64,000 nt of DNA. Origin: Candidatus Dormibacteria bacterium. Its GTDB lineage: Bacteria > Chloroflexota > Dormibacteria > Aeolococcales > Bog-877. Shown here in pieces: positions 9,278 through 18,894 of this stretch. Position numbers and translations under genes: made by a program. The stretch covers positions 38,637 through 102,636 of the forward strand of contig JBOHUG010000114.1 of assembly GCA_050734135.1 (NCBI GenBank), read 5' to 3'. A model generated the notes under the pieces. The model saw nothing but the letters and a program-made list of their open reading frames with translations. It ran no database searches and had not been told where the DNA came from. Within the stretch, counting starts at the first letter, position 1. Every line of letters starts with the position of its first letter.

Positions 9278-11362
9278 TTGACCCGCCCGCAGACCCGACG
9301 ACAAAGCCAGGCCCCGGGTGCCAACTGGCGCCGAATCGCGGCCGCGTCCGCCCTGGCGGCGGTCGCGGCTGTGGTCATCCTGGCGGTGCCCTTCACGGCG
9401 CTGGCGCGTGCCTATGGAGCGCTGCCGAAGGCGGTGGATCAGGGGGGCGACACCTTGATCTACGGGCAGGGAGGCGTCGAAATCGCCGACCTCCACCCCT
9501 CGGGAAGCAGCCGCATTCCGGTCCCCCTTCACGAGATCGCCCCGGTGATGCGGCAGGCGGTGGTGGCGATCGAGGACCGCAACTTCTGGAGCTCGCCCAG
9601 CTTTGATCTGGCCCGAATCGCCCAGGCAGCCTTCTTCGACGTGGTTCACCACAGCGAAGCCCAGGGTGCCAGCACCATCCCAGAACAGCTGGGCAAGATC
9701 CTCTACCTCCACGACGACAAGTCGCTCACCTACAAGGTCAAGGAGATTCTCTACGGCGAGGAGCTGACCGCCAAGCTCTCCCGCTCGACCATCCTCGACG
9801 AATACCTGAACGACGTGTATTTCGGCGAAGGCGCGACCGGCATCCAGGCGGCCTCCCTGACCTACTTCGGAGTGAATGCCTCTCAGCTCAACGCCAATCA
9901 GGCCTCGCTGCTGGCCGGACTCCTTCCCGAACCCAGCTACCTCGACCCCTTTCTCAACCTGGCGGCAGCCAGGCAGCGTCAGCAGTTGGTGGTGGCGGCG
10001 ATGCGGCGCCAGGGAGAGCTGAGCGCTTCCCAAGCCCGGGCGATCCTGGCCGCCGCTCCGCCACTGGCAGCGCCCGGTGGGAGCTCGGTCAATCAGGCGC
10101 CCTACTTCGTCGAAGAGGTCGAGAGCTGGCTCCAGAACCGATACGGCGGCGGCTACCGGACGATGGGCCTGCGGGTTCAGACCAGCCTCAATCTGACCCT
10201 CAATCAGGAGGCCCAGCAATTGGTGACCCAGACCGTTGCCGACGGCGCGGCCCAGCATCTGAGCGACGCGGCACTGGTGGCCGAGGACCCCAAGACCGGA
10301 GATGTCCTGGCCTGGGTCGGTGGCCCGGGAGCGAACTCGCCAGGCGGTCAGATCGACCTGGCCGCCACCCCACGGCAGCCAGGGTCCGAATTCAAGATAT
10401 TCAATTACCCGACCGCCCTTGAGGACCATGACATCACGATGACCACGCCCATCCTCGACGCCCCGCTGACCGTCCCTCTCAGCGGTGGCGGTTCGTACAC
10501 CGTGGTCGACTATGAGGGTCACTACGCGGGCGTGGTCCAGGCTCAGGTGGCACTGGGCAACTCGCTCAATGTCCCGGCGGTCCGGGTGGAGCTGAAGACC
10601 GGCATCCCCAACATCCTCGCCACCGCCCGCAATATGGGCGTTACCACTTTGACCCAACCCGACGGCGACTACGGTCCCAGTCTCACTCTGGGGGCCTACC
10701 CGGTGCCTCTCTGGGAGATGACCCAGGCCGGTGCCGCCTACGCCACCGAGGGTGTTCTTCATCCCACCACCTACGTGCTCCAGGTCACCAGTGACCAGGG
10801 CAACGTCATTTTCCGGGCGAACCCGACCGCGCGCCGGGTGCTCTCGACCCAGGTCAGCTACATCATGAACACGATCCTTTCCCGGAACAGCAACCGGCTG
10901 CTCGCCTTCGGCTCCGATACCCCGCTGGTCGTCGCGGGGCACACCGTTGCAATCAAGACCGGAACTTCCACTGACTTCCGCGACAACACCGCAGTGGGGT
11001 GGACCCCAAACCTGGTGGTGGGCGACTGGGTGGGCAACGCCAACGACTCACCGATGTATGGCGGGGGAGTCAACGGGATCACGGGCTGTGCCACCCTCTG
11101 GCACGATTTCATCGTCGACGCCCTGGCGAACACCCCGAACAGCTGGTACCAGCAGCCGAGCGGTCTGGCCACCAGGGTCATCGACGGGGAGACGGACTAC
11201 TACCTCCTGGGGAGCGGTCCCAGCACCAGCATCCTGGGTGGGGGAACTGTCACTCCGTCTCCGAGCCCCAGCGCCAGTCCCTCGGTCTCGCCGTCACCAA
11301 GCCCAACCTCGAGCCCGTCGCCCAGTCCACCTCCCAGTCCAACCCCAACCCCTACTCCCTAG
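9278..11362 (+). CDS. Class A penicillin-binding protein (PBP1A-type transglycosylase/transpeptidase) with a Pro/Ser/Thr-rich C-terminal tail
   Basis: GT51 motifs (AIEDRNFW, EQLGK, RSTILDEYLN) then a transpeptidase domain. It ends in ~45 aa of PSPSPS/TPTPTP low complexity. Confidence 0.85.
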   Translation: MTRPQTRRQSQAPGANWRRIAAASALAAVAAVVILAVPFTALARAYGALPKAVDQGGDTLIYGQGGVEIADLHPSGSSRIPVPLHEIAPVMRQAVVAIEDRNFWSSPSFDLARIAQAAFFDVVHHSEAQGASTIPEQLGKILYLHDDKSLTYKVKEILYGEELTAKLSRSTILDEYLNDVYFGEGATGIQAASLTYFGVNASQLNANQASLLAGLLPEPSYLDPFLNLAAARQRQQLVVAAMRRQGELSASQARAILAAAPPLAAPGGSSVNQAPYFVEEVESWLQNRYGGGYRTMGLRVQTSLNLTLNQEAQQLVTQTVADGAAQHLSDAALVAEDPKTGDVLAWVGGPGANSPGGQIDLAATPRQPGSEFKIFNYPTALEDHDITMTTPILDAPLTVPLSGGGSYTVVDYEGHYAGVVQAQVALGNSLNVPAVRVELKTGIPNILATARNMGVTTLTQPDGDYGPSLTLGAYPVPLWEMTQAGAAYATEGVLHPTTYVLQVTSDQGNVIFRANPTARRVLSTQVSYIMNTILSRNSNRLLAFGSDTPLVVAGHTVAIKTGTSTDFRDNTAVGWTPNLVVGDWVGNANDSPMYGGGVNGITGCATLWHDFIVDALANTPNSWYQQPSGLATRVIDGETDYYLLGSGPSTSILGGGTVTPSPSPSASPSVSPSPSPTSSPSPSPPPSPTPTPTP

Positions 11363-11364
11363 CG

Positions 11365-11853
11365 TCAGGCTGAGCTGGCCGCCGCCTCCGCCCTCGCCAG
11401 AACCAGCTCCCGGTTGGGCTTTCCCTGGCGCATCGGGCCCTGGCTGGCGAGCGCGTCGCCGACCACCGCCATCAGATTGTCGGCGCGGAACGGCTTGGGC
11501 AGATAGGCGAACCCGCCGGCTTGCATGCTCACCCGGAGGTCGAGTCGAGGCTGACGAGCGCTGGTGAAAATCACCGGAGTCCAGCTCCACTGGCTCCTGG
11601 CCAGCAGACGCCGGCACACTTCGAAGGCGCTCATCTCGACGAGATTGAGATCCAGGATCGCGCAGGCGTAGCTGCCCTGCCTGGCCTGCGCCAAGGCCGA
11701 CTTGGAGGAGTCGGCCTCGATCACTTCGAACCCCAGCCGCCGCAGGATCGACGCCGTGGCGGTTCGACTCACCTCGTCGCGATCGGCAACCAGGATTGCG
11801 CGCTCAGTCAACAGCTTGGACGTAGCCCCTTTGGGGGCTGCCGGGCTTGACAT
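11365..11853 (-). CDS. Stand-alone response-regulator receiver (REC) domain protein
   Basis: ILVADRDE acidic pocket, ILDLNL phospho-acceptor Asp and conserved Lys (YLPKPF). No output domain. Divergent from the VirD4-like gene. Confidence 0.65.
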   Translation of the reverse strand: MSSPAAPKGATSKLLTERAILVADRDEVSRTATASILRRLGFEVIEADSSKSALAQARQGSYACAILDLNLVEMSAFEVCRRLLARSQWSWTPVIFTSARQPRLDLRVSMQAGGFAYLPKPFRADNLMAVVGDALASQGPMRQGKPNRELVLARAEAAASSA

Positions 11854-11950
11854 CTCGGCCAGTCTAGGAGGGCACCTCCCGAGCTAGGCTGACCTTCCTG
11901 CACCGTTCCGGCAATGACCTGTAACGCTTGGGGAACCGCCGGCTACAGGT

Positions 11951-13669
11951 GTGTCGCGCCCGGAGTCCACCCACTCCCCGGGCGCCGGCGGACAGCTGCT
12001 GGGTATGACCTCCAAAGGCGACCCCCCATTCGCCTCCATCGCCGGCCCAGCGGCGCTTTTGGGAATGGCCCTACTGGCGATGGCTGTTCACTTCCATCAA
12101 TCTCCATCCCCCGTCGGGAGCGTTCGGACGATCCTCACCGGAAGTCACTCTCCGGCGACGACCTTCGGGGCCGCCTGGCTGCCCCCGCCGGCCGTAATGG
12201 CCGCCTCTCTGGCGGGGGCGATCCTCCTCGGCGCCAGTACGGTGATCAAGCTGCGAAGTCGAAACCTGGTGGGGGCTGGAGTGCTGGGTCGCGCCCGGCG
12301 TGCCGGAAGCCGGGATCTCAGGGAACTTCGGCGCGGAGGAAGAGCACGCCGACGGGCTGATCCCCGAGTCCGGCTCGGAGACCACCGCCACCGGCCCGTC
12401 TGGCTGCCAAGCGACGAGCACCTGCTGGCATTGGGTCCGACCGGATCGGGCAAGTCGTCGGCGCTGGCGATTCCGGCCCTCCTCGAATGGCCTGGCGCAG
12501 TGGTCGTGACGGATCCCAAGGGCGAGTTGATTCGAACCACCCTTGCGCATCGTCGCACCCTGGGTCAGGTGGCGGTCTTCGCTCCGCTGATGAAACCGAC
12601 GGCGCGGTGGGACCCGGTCGGCTCCATTCAGAGTTCAGAGGACGCCCTGAAAGTGGCCGCCTTCCTCATGGGTCGTTCTCCCGAGAGAGAGCCGTTCTGG
12701 CACGACCTCGCCCGCCAACTGCTCCACGGAATGCTGATCGAGGCCGCCGATCTCCACATTGCCTTGGGCGGGATCCTCGAACTGCTGCAGTCGACGCCCG
12801 CCGAGGACCTCCCGGTGGTGATGCGGCACCCGGTCTCCCGGAGGCTGGTCCAGGGTGCTCTGAGCGGCGGAGATCGCACGGCGATGGGGGTGGTCGCGAC
12901 CCTGGTCTCCCAGCTAGGTGCCTATGGTTCAGATCAGGTGGCCAGCGCGACCGCGGAGAGTGACTTCGATCCAAGGGCGATCGCCGGCGGGCAGCTGAAG
13001 ACCCTCTATTGCGTGGTGGCCCCCCACGACGCTCCGGTGCTCCGGGGGCTGATCTCGGCATTGATCTCATGCTGCTGGCGGAGCCTGTTCGCGACCCCAC
13101 CTTCAGTTCCCGCGCTATTCGTGCTCGACGAGTTCACCCAGCTCAACAACCTGCCGGAGCTTCCGGCACTTGTGCAGTTGGGACGGTCCCAGGGAGTACG
13201 CATGCTGCTGATGGCCCAGGATCTCGGCTCGATCAACGCCGCCTACGGTGTCGAGGCCGCGGGCGCGCTTTGGGCCAACTGCCGGACCAAGCTTCTGCTG
13301 CCCGGAATCTCCGAGATCGAGTTGCTGGAGCGGGCGAGCAAGCTGGCCGGATACGCAACCCTACATCGCCGGTCTGAAGGCGGCCATCCCGAGGCGGTGT
13401 CATCGCAGCCGCTGCTCCATCCCGATGACATCCGTCGGCTCCGGCCACAGCGGGCGCTCCTGCTGCGGGGCACCGACCAGCCGGCGGAGATCCAACAACA
13501 CCCCTGGTTTCGAGACCGCTCCCTCAAGGCGATAGCCTCGAGCGGCGATCCGGAAGAGGGACCAACCCCCGCTCCGGGCCGTCCGCTTCGCGATTGGGTG
13601 GATCCCAACCCCGGCTGGTCAGCCAACGACTACCCCCTTCGCTGGAGCCCGGCGGACGAAGAGCCCTGA
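11951..13669 (+). CDS. Type IV secretion coupling protein (VirD4/TraG/TcpA-like T4CP ATPase)
   Basis: N-terminal TM segments, Walker A LALGPTGSGKSS, the VVVTDPKGE motif typical of TraG/VirD4, and Walker B ALFVLDEF. 572 aa. Confidence 0.75.
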   Translation: MSRPESTHSPGAGGQLLGMTSKGDPPFASIAGPAALLGMALLAMAVHFHQSPSPVGSVRTILTGSHSPATTFGAAWLPPPAVMAASLAGAILLGASTVIKLRSRNLVGAGVLGRARRAGSRDLRELRRGGRARRRADPRVRLGDHRHRPVWLPSDEHLLALGPTGSGKSSALAIPALLEWPGAVVVTDPKGELIRTTLAHRRTLGQVAVFAPLMKPTARWDPVGSIQSSEDALKVAAFLMGRSPEREPFWHDLARQLLHGMLIEAADLHIALGGILELLQSTPAEDLPVVMRHPVSRRLVQGALSGGDRTAMGVVATLVSQLGAYGSDQVASATAESDFDPRAIAGGQLKTLYCVVAPHDAPVLRGLISALISCCWRSLFATPPSVPALFVLDEFTQLNNLPELPALVQLGRSQGVRMLLMAQDLGSINAAYGVEAAGALWANCRTKLLLPGISEIELLERASKLAGYATLHRRSEGGHPEAVSSQPLLHPDDIRRLRPQRALLLRGTDQPAEIQQHPWFRDRSLKAIASSGDPEEGPTPAPGRPLRDWVDPNPGWSANDYPLRWSPADEEP

Positions 13670-13706
13670 GAGCCGAGGGGAAGCTCGTGGCTGGTCGCTA
13701 GGGGGG

Positions 13707-13997
13707 ATGGTGGAACTGCTGGCGACCTTCAGCACCGGACTGGACAACGTGATCCACACGCTGACCGGCTTGGCCCTGGGCGCCGTGGCCGTCCTCTGCC
13801 TCAGCTTTGCGGCAATTCGTTACATGACCGCCCTGGACAACAGCCAGCGCCGCGCCGCCGCCGTCCAGGGCCTGGTCACCGTGCTGCTCGGCGTCCTTCT
13901 CCTGGTGAACGAGGGAGCGGTGTTGAGCTTCGTGGAGGGGCTCTCAGGGAGCGACACCGCCTGCACCACCAGCAGCTGCTCCGGCACCACCCACTGA
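13707..13997 (+). CDS. Small two-TM membrane protein, VirB2/TrbC pilin-like candidate
   Basis: 96 aa, two hydrophobic helices (LTGLALGAVAVLCLSFAAI; LVTVLLGVLLLV). It lies between the T4CP and the VirB6-like gene and has a paralog at 33416. Confidence 0.4.
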   Translation: MVELLATFSTGLDNVIHTLTGLALGAVAVLCLSFAAIRYMTALDNSQRRAAAVQGLVTVLLGVLLLVNEGAVLSFVEGLSGSDTACTTSSCSGTTH

Positions 13998-14084
13998 GAC
14001 CTGCCCACTGCCTTCCGGCTCGCGCTGCTGGCCGGCGCCTCCTGGGGGCTGGCGATCTCGTTCTCAGCGATAACCTCGACCACG

Positions 14085-16211
14085 GTGGTCATCCCAGCCG
14101 TGACCGCTGCCCGCGCGATCGTGACCATCTCAACACCCACCCCGAAAGCCACTCCGACGGCGAATCCAACCGCGACAGAAGATCAGACAACCGCCGGAAG
14201 CACCGACCAGCAGTGCGGCGGGATCACCGATCCCATGTGCTACATCGTGGATGCCTTCGTGAGCGGCCCTGTGGCCATCATGGGCAGCCTCGACGGCAGC
14301 CCGGACCCCGACCACGTCAGTGCTACCACGGGAGCGATCACCGCTGGCCCGTGGCGGATCGTGACCACCCTCGTCGGCAGCAACCCAGCGGTGGACAGCT
14401 ACAACGGCGCCTGGGGCGAGCCAGCGCACCAGTGCGGAGGTCAAGGCTGCATCCCATGGGTGCAGCAACTCAACTCGATCCTGGGGCCGCTTTCGCTGAG
14501 CCTGCTGGTGCTCGCCTTCGCGATTCAGGCCACCCTCTTCATGATCGGCCAGCAGCTGAACTTGCGAGCCGGCCTCGTGCCCTGCCTGATCGCCGCCGGA
14601 ATCATCGGCGCTGGGCTGCCGCTGCACTTGGCCGGACGGGTGATTGACGCCGGTACCTGGGCCTCTCAGGCTCTGCTTGAGACCACCTTTGAGCACCTGG
14701 GCGACCAGAGCGGGCAGCCGATCGATCTGATGACCTGGCTGGCGATGACCGCCTACTGCCCCGAGGACAGTCCACTAGCCCACCCTGGAATCCACCTCTC
14801 CACCCCCGGCCCCACACCAGCTGAACAGGTGCTGGTCCAGCCCTGGATGGACCCCCAATTCACCCAGTCACACTGCATCGGCTCCGACAGCCCTGACTTC
14901 ACCAAGGAGGTTCTGGACCGCAGCGAGAACTTCTCCGGGCCCCCGCTGCACGACGCCAATTGCGACCGCGGAGACGCAGTTCCTGCCCAGTCACTCTGCA
15001 CCAACACCGACAACCAGGTCAACAACAATGCCGGCCAGGAGTGCCTGGAGGGGAGCGGCGGTGCCGACTTGCCTGGCGAGCAGCTGAACGCCTTGCCATT
15101 AGCGGGGGAGCCGCGGGCCGGGAACGGTCAGAGCCCCGGTGACTGCCGCTACGCGGACATCTACTGGGGTACGGTTCCCACCTTCACCGACGTGTGGAAG
15201 GGGGTCGGTCCCCACGGCCGGAATGGGTACGACGTTCCGGATGGAATCCAGGGGATGGTGGCCTTCACGGTACTGACCGGTCTGGCCCTCTGGCTGGCGC
15301 TTACTTATCTGGCTCGCTATCTCGCCTTGGCTGTATTGGCAGGCTGTTCCAGCCTCGCGTTTTTGCTTCTGGCCCTGCCGGGCGGCCGGCCGGCCTTCGC
15401 GCGCTACTGGCGGACGGTGGCGGAACTCTCTGCGGTAGTCGTGGTCCAGACCCTGGTCTTCCTAGTTTTCGTGGCTATCGTGACCACCGTCTCGGGGCTA
15501 TCTCCCAACCCAGCCGCGGCCCATCTCGGAGGCTGCCCTTTGATCTCGGCCAACGCTACTTGTGGAGCCAGCTCCACAGGTCTCCTGGGCGAGGTGGGCA
15601 GTGGTGACCCGGGTGACCAGTTCGCCAAGTGCCTGCTGGCGATCGTCACGGTATGGCTGATGCTGGAGGTGCCGAAGCGAATCAGCCGGGGCGAGATGGC
15701 GACCACCGGCGGACTCCGGACGCTGGCGGCCGCCTCGGGCGGTGCCCTCCTGGGTGGATTGGCAGTGGCCCGGGGCCAGTTGCAACCTCGGGTCGCGCGG
15801 TTCGGATCCCAGGCGGTGCCTACTGGCCGCTCATTGCTCGGCCGCACTGGTCCCAGAGAACACCAACTGGCGGATAGGCTGGAACGGGGGGAGTCCATCG
15901 GAGCGGCGGCGTGGCCCCAGGCGACGGGGCGTGAGACTCGCGAGCAGTACATCGGCCGCTCCTTGCTGGGTGCCAAGGGGACCCGGCCGGAGCTCCACCG
16001 CCTCCTCGGGCTCAGCACCGCGGATCTCAGCGCCATGCGCGAGCGCGCGGCCCAGGATCCCTCGGTCTGGGCTGATCTGGGCCGAAACTACGTGGCTGGC
16101 GGGGGCAGTCGGGTCCACGAGCTGGATGCTGCTTATCTCAACGCTCTCCGGCGGGGCCGACTGCATCGGGACTCCGACCCGCCCCACCGCGACCCGAGCG
16201 GCACTACCTGA
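14085..16211 (+). CDS. Polytopic membrane protein, VirB6/TrbL/TcpH-like T4SS channel component candidate
   Basis: 708 aa with a Cys-rich extracytoplasmic N-terminal region, a block of 5 or more TM helices (LARYLALAVL...PAFARYWRTV...VVQTLVFLVF) and a cytoplasmic tail. Its position matches a T4SS module, and it has a paralog at 33660. Confidence 0.5.
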   Translation: MVIPAVTAARAIVTISTPTPKATPTANPTATEDQTTAGSTDQQCGGITDPMCYIVDAFVSGPVAIMGSLDGSPDPDHVSATTGAITAGPWRIVTTLVGSNPAVDSYNGAWGEPAHQCGGQGCIPWVQQLNSILGPLSLSLLVLAFAIQATLFMIGQQLNLRAGLVPCLIAAGIIGAGLPLHLAGRVIDAGTWASQALLETTFEHLGDQSGQPIDLMTWLAMTAYCPEDSPLAHPGIHLSTPGPTPAEQVLVQPWMDPQFTQSHCIGSDSPDFTKEVLDRSENFSGPPLHDANCDRGDAVPAQSLCTNTDNQVNNNAGQECLEGSGGADLPGEQLNALPLAGEPRAGNGQSPGDCRYADIYWGTVPTFTDVWKGVGPHGRNGYDVPDGIQGMVAFTVLTGLALWLALTYLARYLALAVLAGCSSLAFLLLALPGGRPAFARYWRTVAELSAVVVVQTLVFLVFVAIVTTVSGLSPNPAAAHLGGCPLISANATCGASSTGLLGEVGSGDPGDQFAKCLLAIVTVWLMLEVPKRISRGEMATTGGLRTLAAASGGALLGGLAVARGQLQPRVARFGSQAVPTGRSLLGRTGPREHQLADRLERGESIGAAAWPQATGRETREQYIGRSLLGAKGTRPELHRLLGLSTADLSAMRERAAQDPSVWADLGRNYVAGGGSRVHELDAAYLNALRRGRLHRDSDPPHRDPSGTT

Positions 16212-16600
16212 TGCAGGCCGAGGTGCCGCAGCCGATTTCGGGAGTTCCGCTGCGCTGGGGGGGATTCACGGTTCGACAGCTGGGCTGGATCGCCATCGGA
16301 GCCGCTCTGCCGTACGTCTTGCTCCGTTTACAGCTGGCGCCCGAAGTCGCACTGGCCGCGCCCGCCCCGTGGTTGGTCGTGGCGCTGTGCTTTGCCGTCG
16401 GCCGACGAGAGGGCCGACAGCTGGACTCCTGGGTCGCGGATTGGCTCCGGTTCCGGCTCCAACCCCGCCGCCTCCGGCACCCCGGGAAGCAGACCACCAG
16501 CACTCGCCGCGAGGCGTTTATCGCCGTCGATCAAGGGATCGCGGCTGAGAGGGCTGGGCGGCTCCCGGGAGCCCGAACCCTCCCCTGGGTAGACCCTTGA
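16211..16600 (+). CDS. VirB3/PrgI/TcpE-like small membrane protein
   Basis: 129 aa, two TMs followed by GRREGRQLDSWVADWLRF. It lies immediately upstream of and overlapping the VirB4 ATPase gene, the classical VirB3 position. Confidence 0.5.
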   Translation: MQAEVPQPISGVPLRWGGFTVRQLGWIAIGAALPYVLLRLQLAPEVALAAPAPWLVVALCFAVGRREGRQLDSWVADWLRFRLQPRRLRHPGKQTTSTRREAFIAVDQGIAAERAGRLPGARTLPWVDP

Positions 16601-18894
16601 TCCTGGCCAGGCCACCGGCGCCGCGAGGCTCCACCCTGCAGCTGGTCGATGTCGAATTTCTGGAGAACCAGGTCGCCCACCTGTCCAACGGGGCGCAGCG
16701 GGCAGCGCTTCAGATTGAGCCAGTGAACCTAGCCCTGCAGGGAGAGGTGGAACAGGAACAGGTTTGGCGTCGCTATCGCCAGTTGCTGGCGGCCCTCACC
16801 GGTCCGGTTTCGATCTACTCGTCGTCGAAACCCGAGCCCGGCGGGGAGGAGTGGCATCCGTCCGCAGCCGGTGATGGGCCCATCCAGCTGCTGGCTCGCC
16901 AGGATCTCGAATTCTGCCAGCAGTTGATCCGTGGACACCTGGTGCAGAAACAGCGCCACCTCGTCGTGGTCTGGGGCGGCGAGCTGGCTAACCCACTGGC
17001 CGGGCTCAGCAGTCGGCTAGATCGGCTAAGAACGAGGGCGAAGAGCCATACCCGCGTCCTGGGAGGCGGCATCCAGGTCGGGTTGGACCAGCGCTGCGAG
17101 GTGATCGCGGCCAGCCTCGGTCAACTGGGAGCTCGAGCGCGTCGGATCGGCGACGGCGAGTGGCTGCAACTGCTGCAGGAGCACGGTTCCGGCCGCAGTG
17201 ACCGCGAACCGGTCAGTTTCGCCAGCTGGGTTGCGCCGGATGACGCGGAGGTGCTGGCGCGGCAGGTCAGGGTGGGAGACCGCTGGAGCCGAACCCTCTT
17301 CGTCGCCTCCTACCCAAGGCGGGTGGCTATTGGCTGGCTGGCACCGCTGCTCCGGGGCCTGGAGTGTGAGGTGACGGTGGCTCAGCACCTGGTGCCACTT
17401 CCCAAGCTGCTCAGCTTGAGCCGGCTTCGGCGCAAGATTCGCGGATTTGAGACCAGCCTGGTCGTCGACCACCTGCGCGGTCAGCGGCCGGACCGGGGCA
17501 CCGAGACGGCCCTTGGCGATGCGCTGACTCTGGAGGAGCAGGTGCTGGTCGAGGAGGAGCGACTCTTCCAGCTGGAGCTCTTCGTGACCTTGGCGGCAGA
17601 GACCGTCGCCATTCTCGACAGCGGTTGGCAGCAACTCTTGACCACCATGGCTGAGCTCGGCTGTGGAGCGGTACCGCTCACTCACCGGCACATAGACGGC
17701 TGGCGAGCCACTATCCCGACCGGCGTAAGTCCCTTCGGCTGGGGCCGAGAGATGACGGCGAGTGCCTTGGCGACAGGGTTCCCTTTCTTGCGGAGCAATC
17801 TCGCGGCCGACACCGGGGTGCTGCTCGGTCCCAGCCTGATCTCGAGAGAGCTGGTCATCGTGGACCCCTTCGCCCATACCAATCCCAACTTCAACATCGT
17901 GGTCCTCGGCACCTCCGGAGGTGGGAAGTCGTACACCGCCAAGCTCTTGGCGGCGCGACTGGCCCTGCGGGGCTGCCGGCTGCGCTGCATCGACCCCGTC
18001 GGCGAGTACCGCGAACTGGGGCGGCTTCTCGATGGAGCCTGTCGCGATATCGCTCCCGGCCGCAGCTCTGGGCTCAGCGCCCTGGGACCGGCAGGAGTTG
18101 AGGGGGACGGAGCGGCGGCGGCCTCGGTACGGGCCGCGCGAGCGCTGGTGGTCTTGGAACTGCTGGCAGCCGGCAGATCCGGGGAATGGGATCTGCCGGA
18201 AGACGATGCTGAGGCCTTGGAGGCGACGCTGACCCAGCTGTTTTCGGCGCAACAGGATCCCCAGCTCCCGGACCTGGTAGCAGCCCTGGAGGAGGCTGGC
18301 CGGTCAGTACTTGCCCGTCGATTGGGTCGCTTCACCGGGGGGCTGCTGGGCGGAATCTTCGACGGTCGTGCCGGGGCCGAGCTCGCCGGCCTCGCGACCG
18401 TCTTCTCACTGGCGGGATGGGGCGGAGACCGGGAGCAGCTGCTGGCTCCAGCGATGCAGATGATCCTGCTGCAGCTGGAGTCGGAGACCTCTCGGGATCA
18501 GAGCGCTCTGCGCCTGGTTGTCGTCGACGAGGCTGAAGTTCTCCTGGGCCGACCCCGGAGCGCGGCCGCCCTTGAGGCCCTGAGCCGCCGGGTTCGCAAG
18601 CTGGGGACCGGACTGATGGTGATCTCCCAGGTGGTTGAGGACTTTCTCAACTCTCCCGTCGGGAATGTGATCGTCCGAAACTGCCACACCAAATTGCTCC
18701 TCCGCCAGGAGGAGGTGGCCATCCCGGCGGTTCGGGCGGCCTTTGGACTCTCCCCAGCGGAGTGCGACCTGCTCCGGGACGCACCTCCCGGGTGCGGCAT
18801 CGTCATCGCCGGACGGGAGCGAGCCGCCTTTCAGGGAGCGGCGCCGCCGGCACTCCACCAGGTGCTCTGTACTGACGCGGAGGCACTCGGTTGA
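16597..18894 (+). CDS. VirB4/TrbE/TcpF-family conjugation ATPase
   Basis: 765 aa; Walker A VVLGTSGGGKSY, the VirB4-typical IDPVGEY motif and Walker B VVVDEAEVL. Confidence 0.8.
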   Translation: MILARPPAPRGSTLQLVDVEFLENQVAHLSNGAQRAALQIEPVNLALQGEVEQEQVWRRYRQLLAALTGPVSIYSSSKPEPGGEEWHPSAAGDGPIQLLARQDLEFCQQLIRGHLVQKQRHLVVVWGGELANPLAGLSSRLDRLRTRAKSHTRVLGGGIQVGLDQRCEVIAASLGQLGARARRIGDGEWLQLLQEHGSGRSDREPVSFASWVAPDDAEVLARQVRVGDRWSRTLFVASYPRRVAIGWLAPLLRGLECEVTVAQHLVPLPKLLSLSRLRRKIRGFETSLVVDHLRGQRPDRGTETALGDALTLEEQVLVEEERLFQLELFVTLAAETVAILDSGWQQLLTTMAELGCGAVPLTHRHIDGWRATIPTGVSPFGWGREMTASALATGFPFLRSNLAADTGVLLGPSLISRELVIVDPFAHTNPNFNIVVLGTSGGGKSYTAKLLAARLALRGCRLRCIDPVGEYRELGRLLDGACRDIAPGRSSGLSALGPAGVEGDGAAAASVRAARALVVLELLAAGRSGEWDLPEDDAEALEATLTQLFSAQQDPQLPDLVAALEEAGRSVLARRLGRFTGGLLGGIFDGRAGAELAGLATVFSLAGWGGDREQLLAPAMQMILLQLESETSRDQSALRLVVVDEAEVLLGRPRSAAALEALSRRVRKLGTGLMVISQVVEDFLNSPVGNVIVRNCHTKLLLRQEEVAIPAVRAAFGLSPAECDLLRDAPPGCGIVIAGRERAAFQGAAPPALHQVLCTDAEALG

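Noticed and set aside
9065-10942. 625-aa ORF on the minus strand antisense to the PBP1A gene
   Set aside because: Arg/Gly/Asp-rich with no motifs, entirely inside a well-supported + strand gene. This is the typical spurious long antisense ORF of ~70% GC DNA.
17026-18335. 408-aa and 217-aa minus-strand ORFs inside the VirB4 gene
   Set aside because: Antisense GC artefacts (Arg/Ser/Ala-rich). The + strand product carries Walker A/B and the DPxGEY motif.
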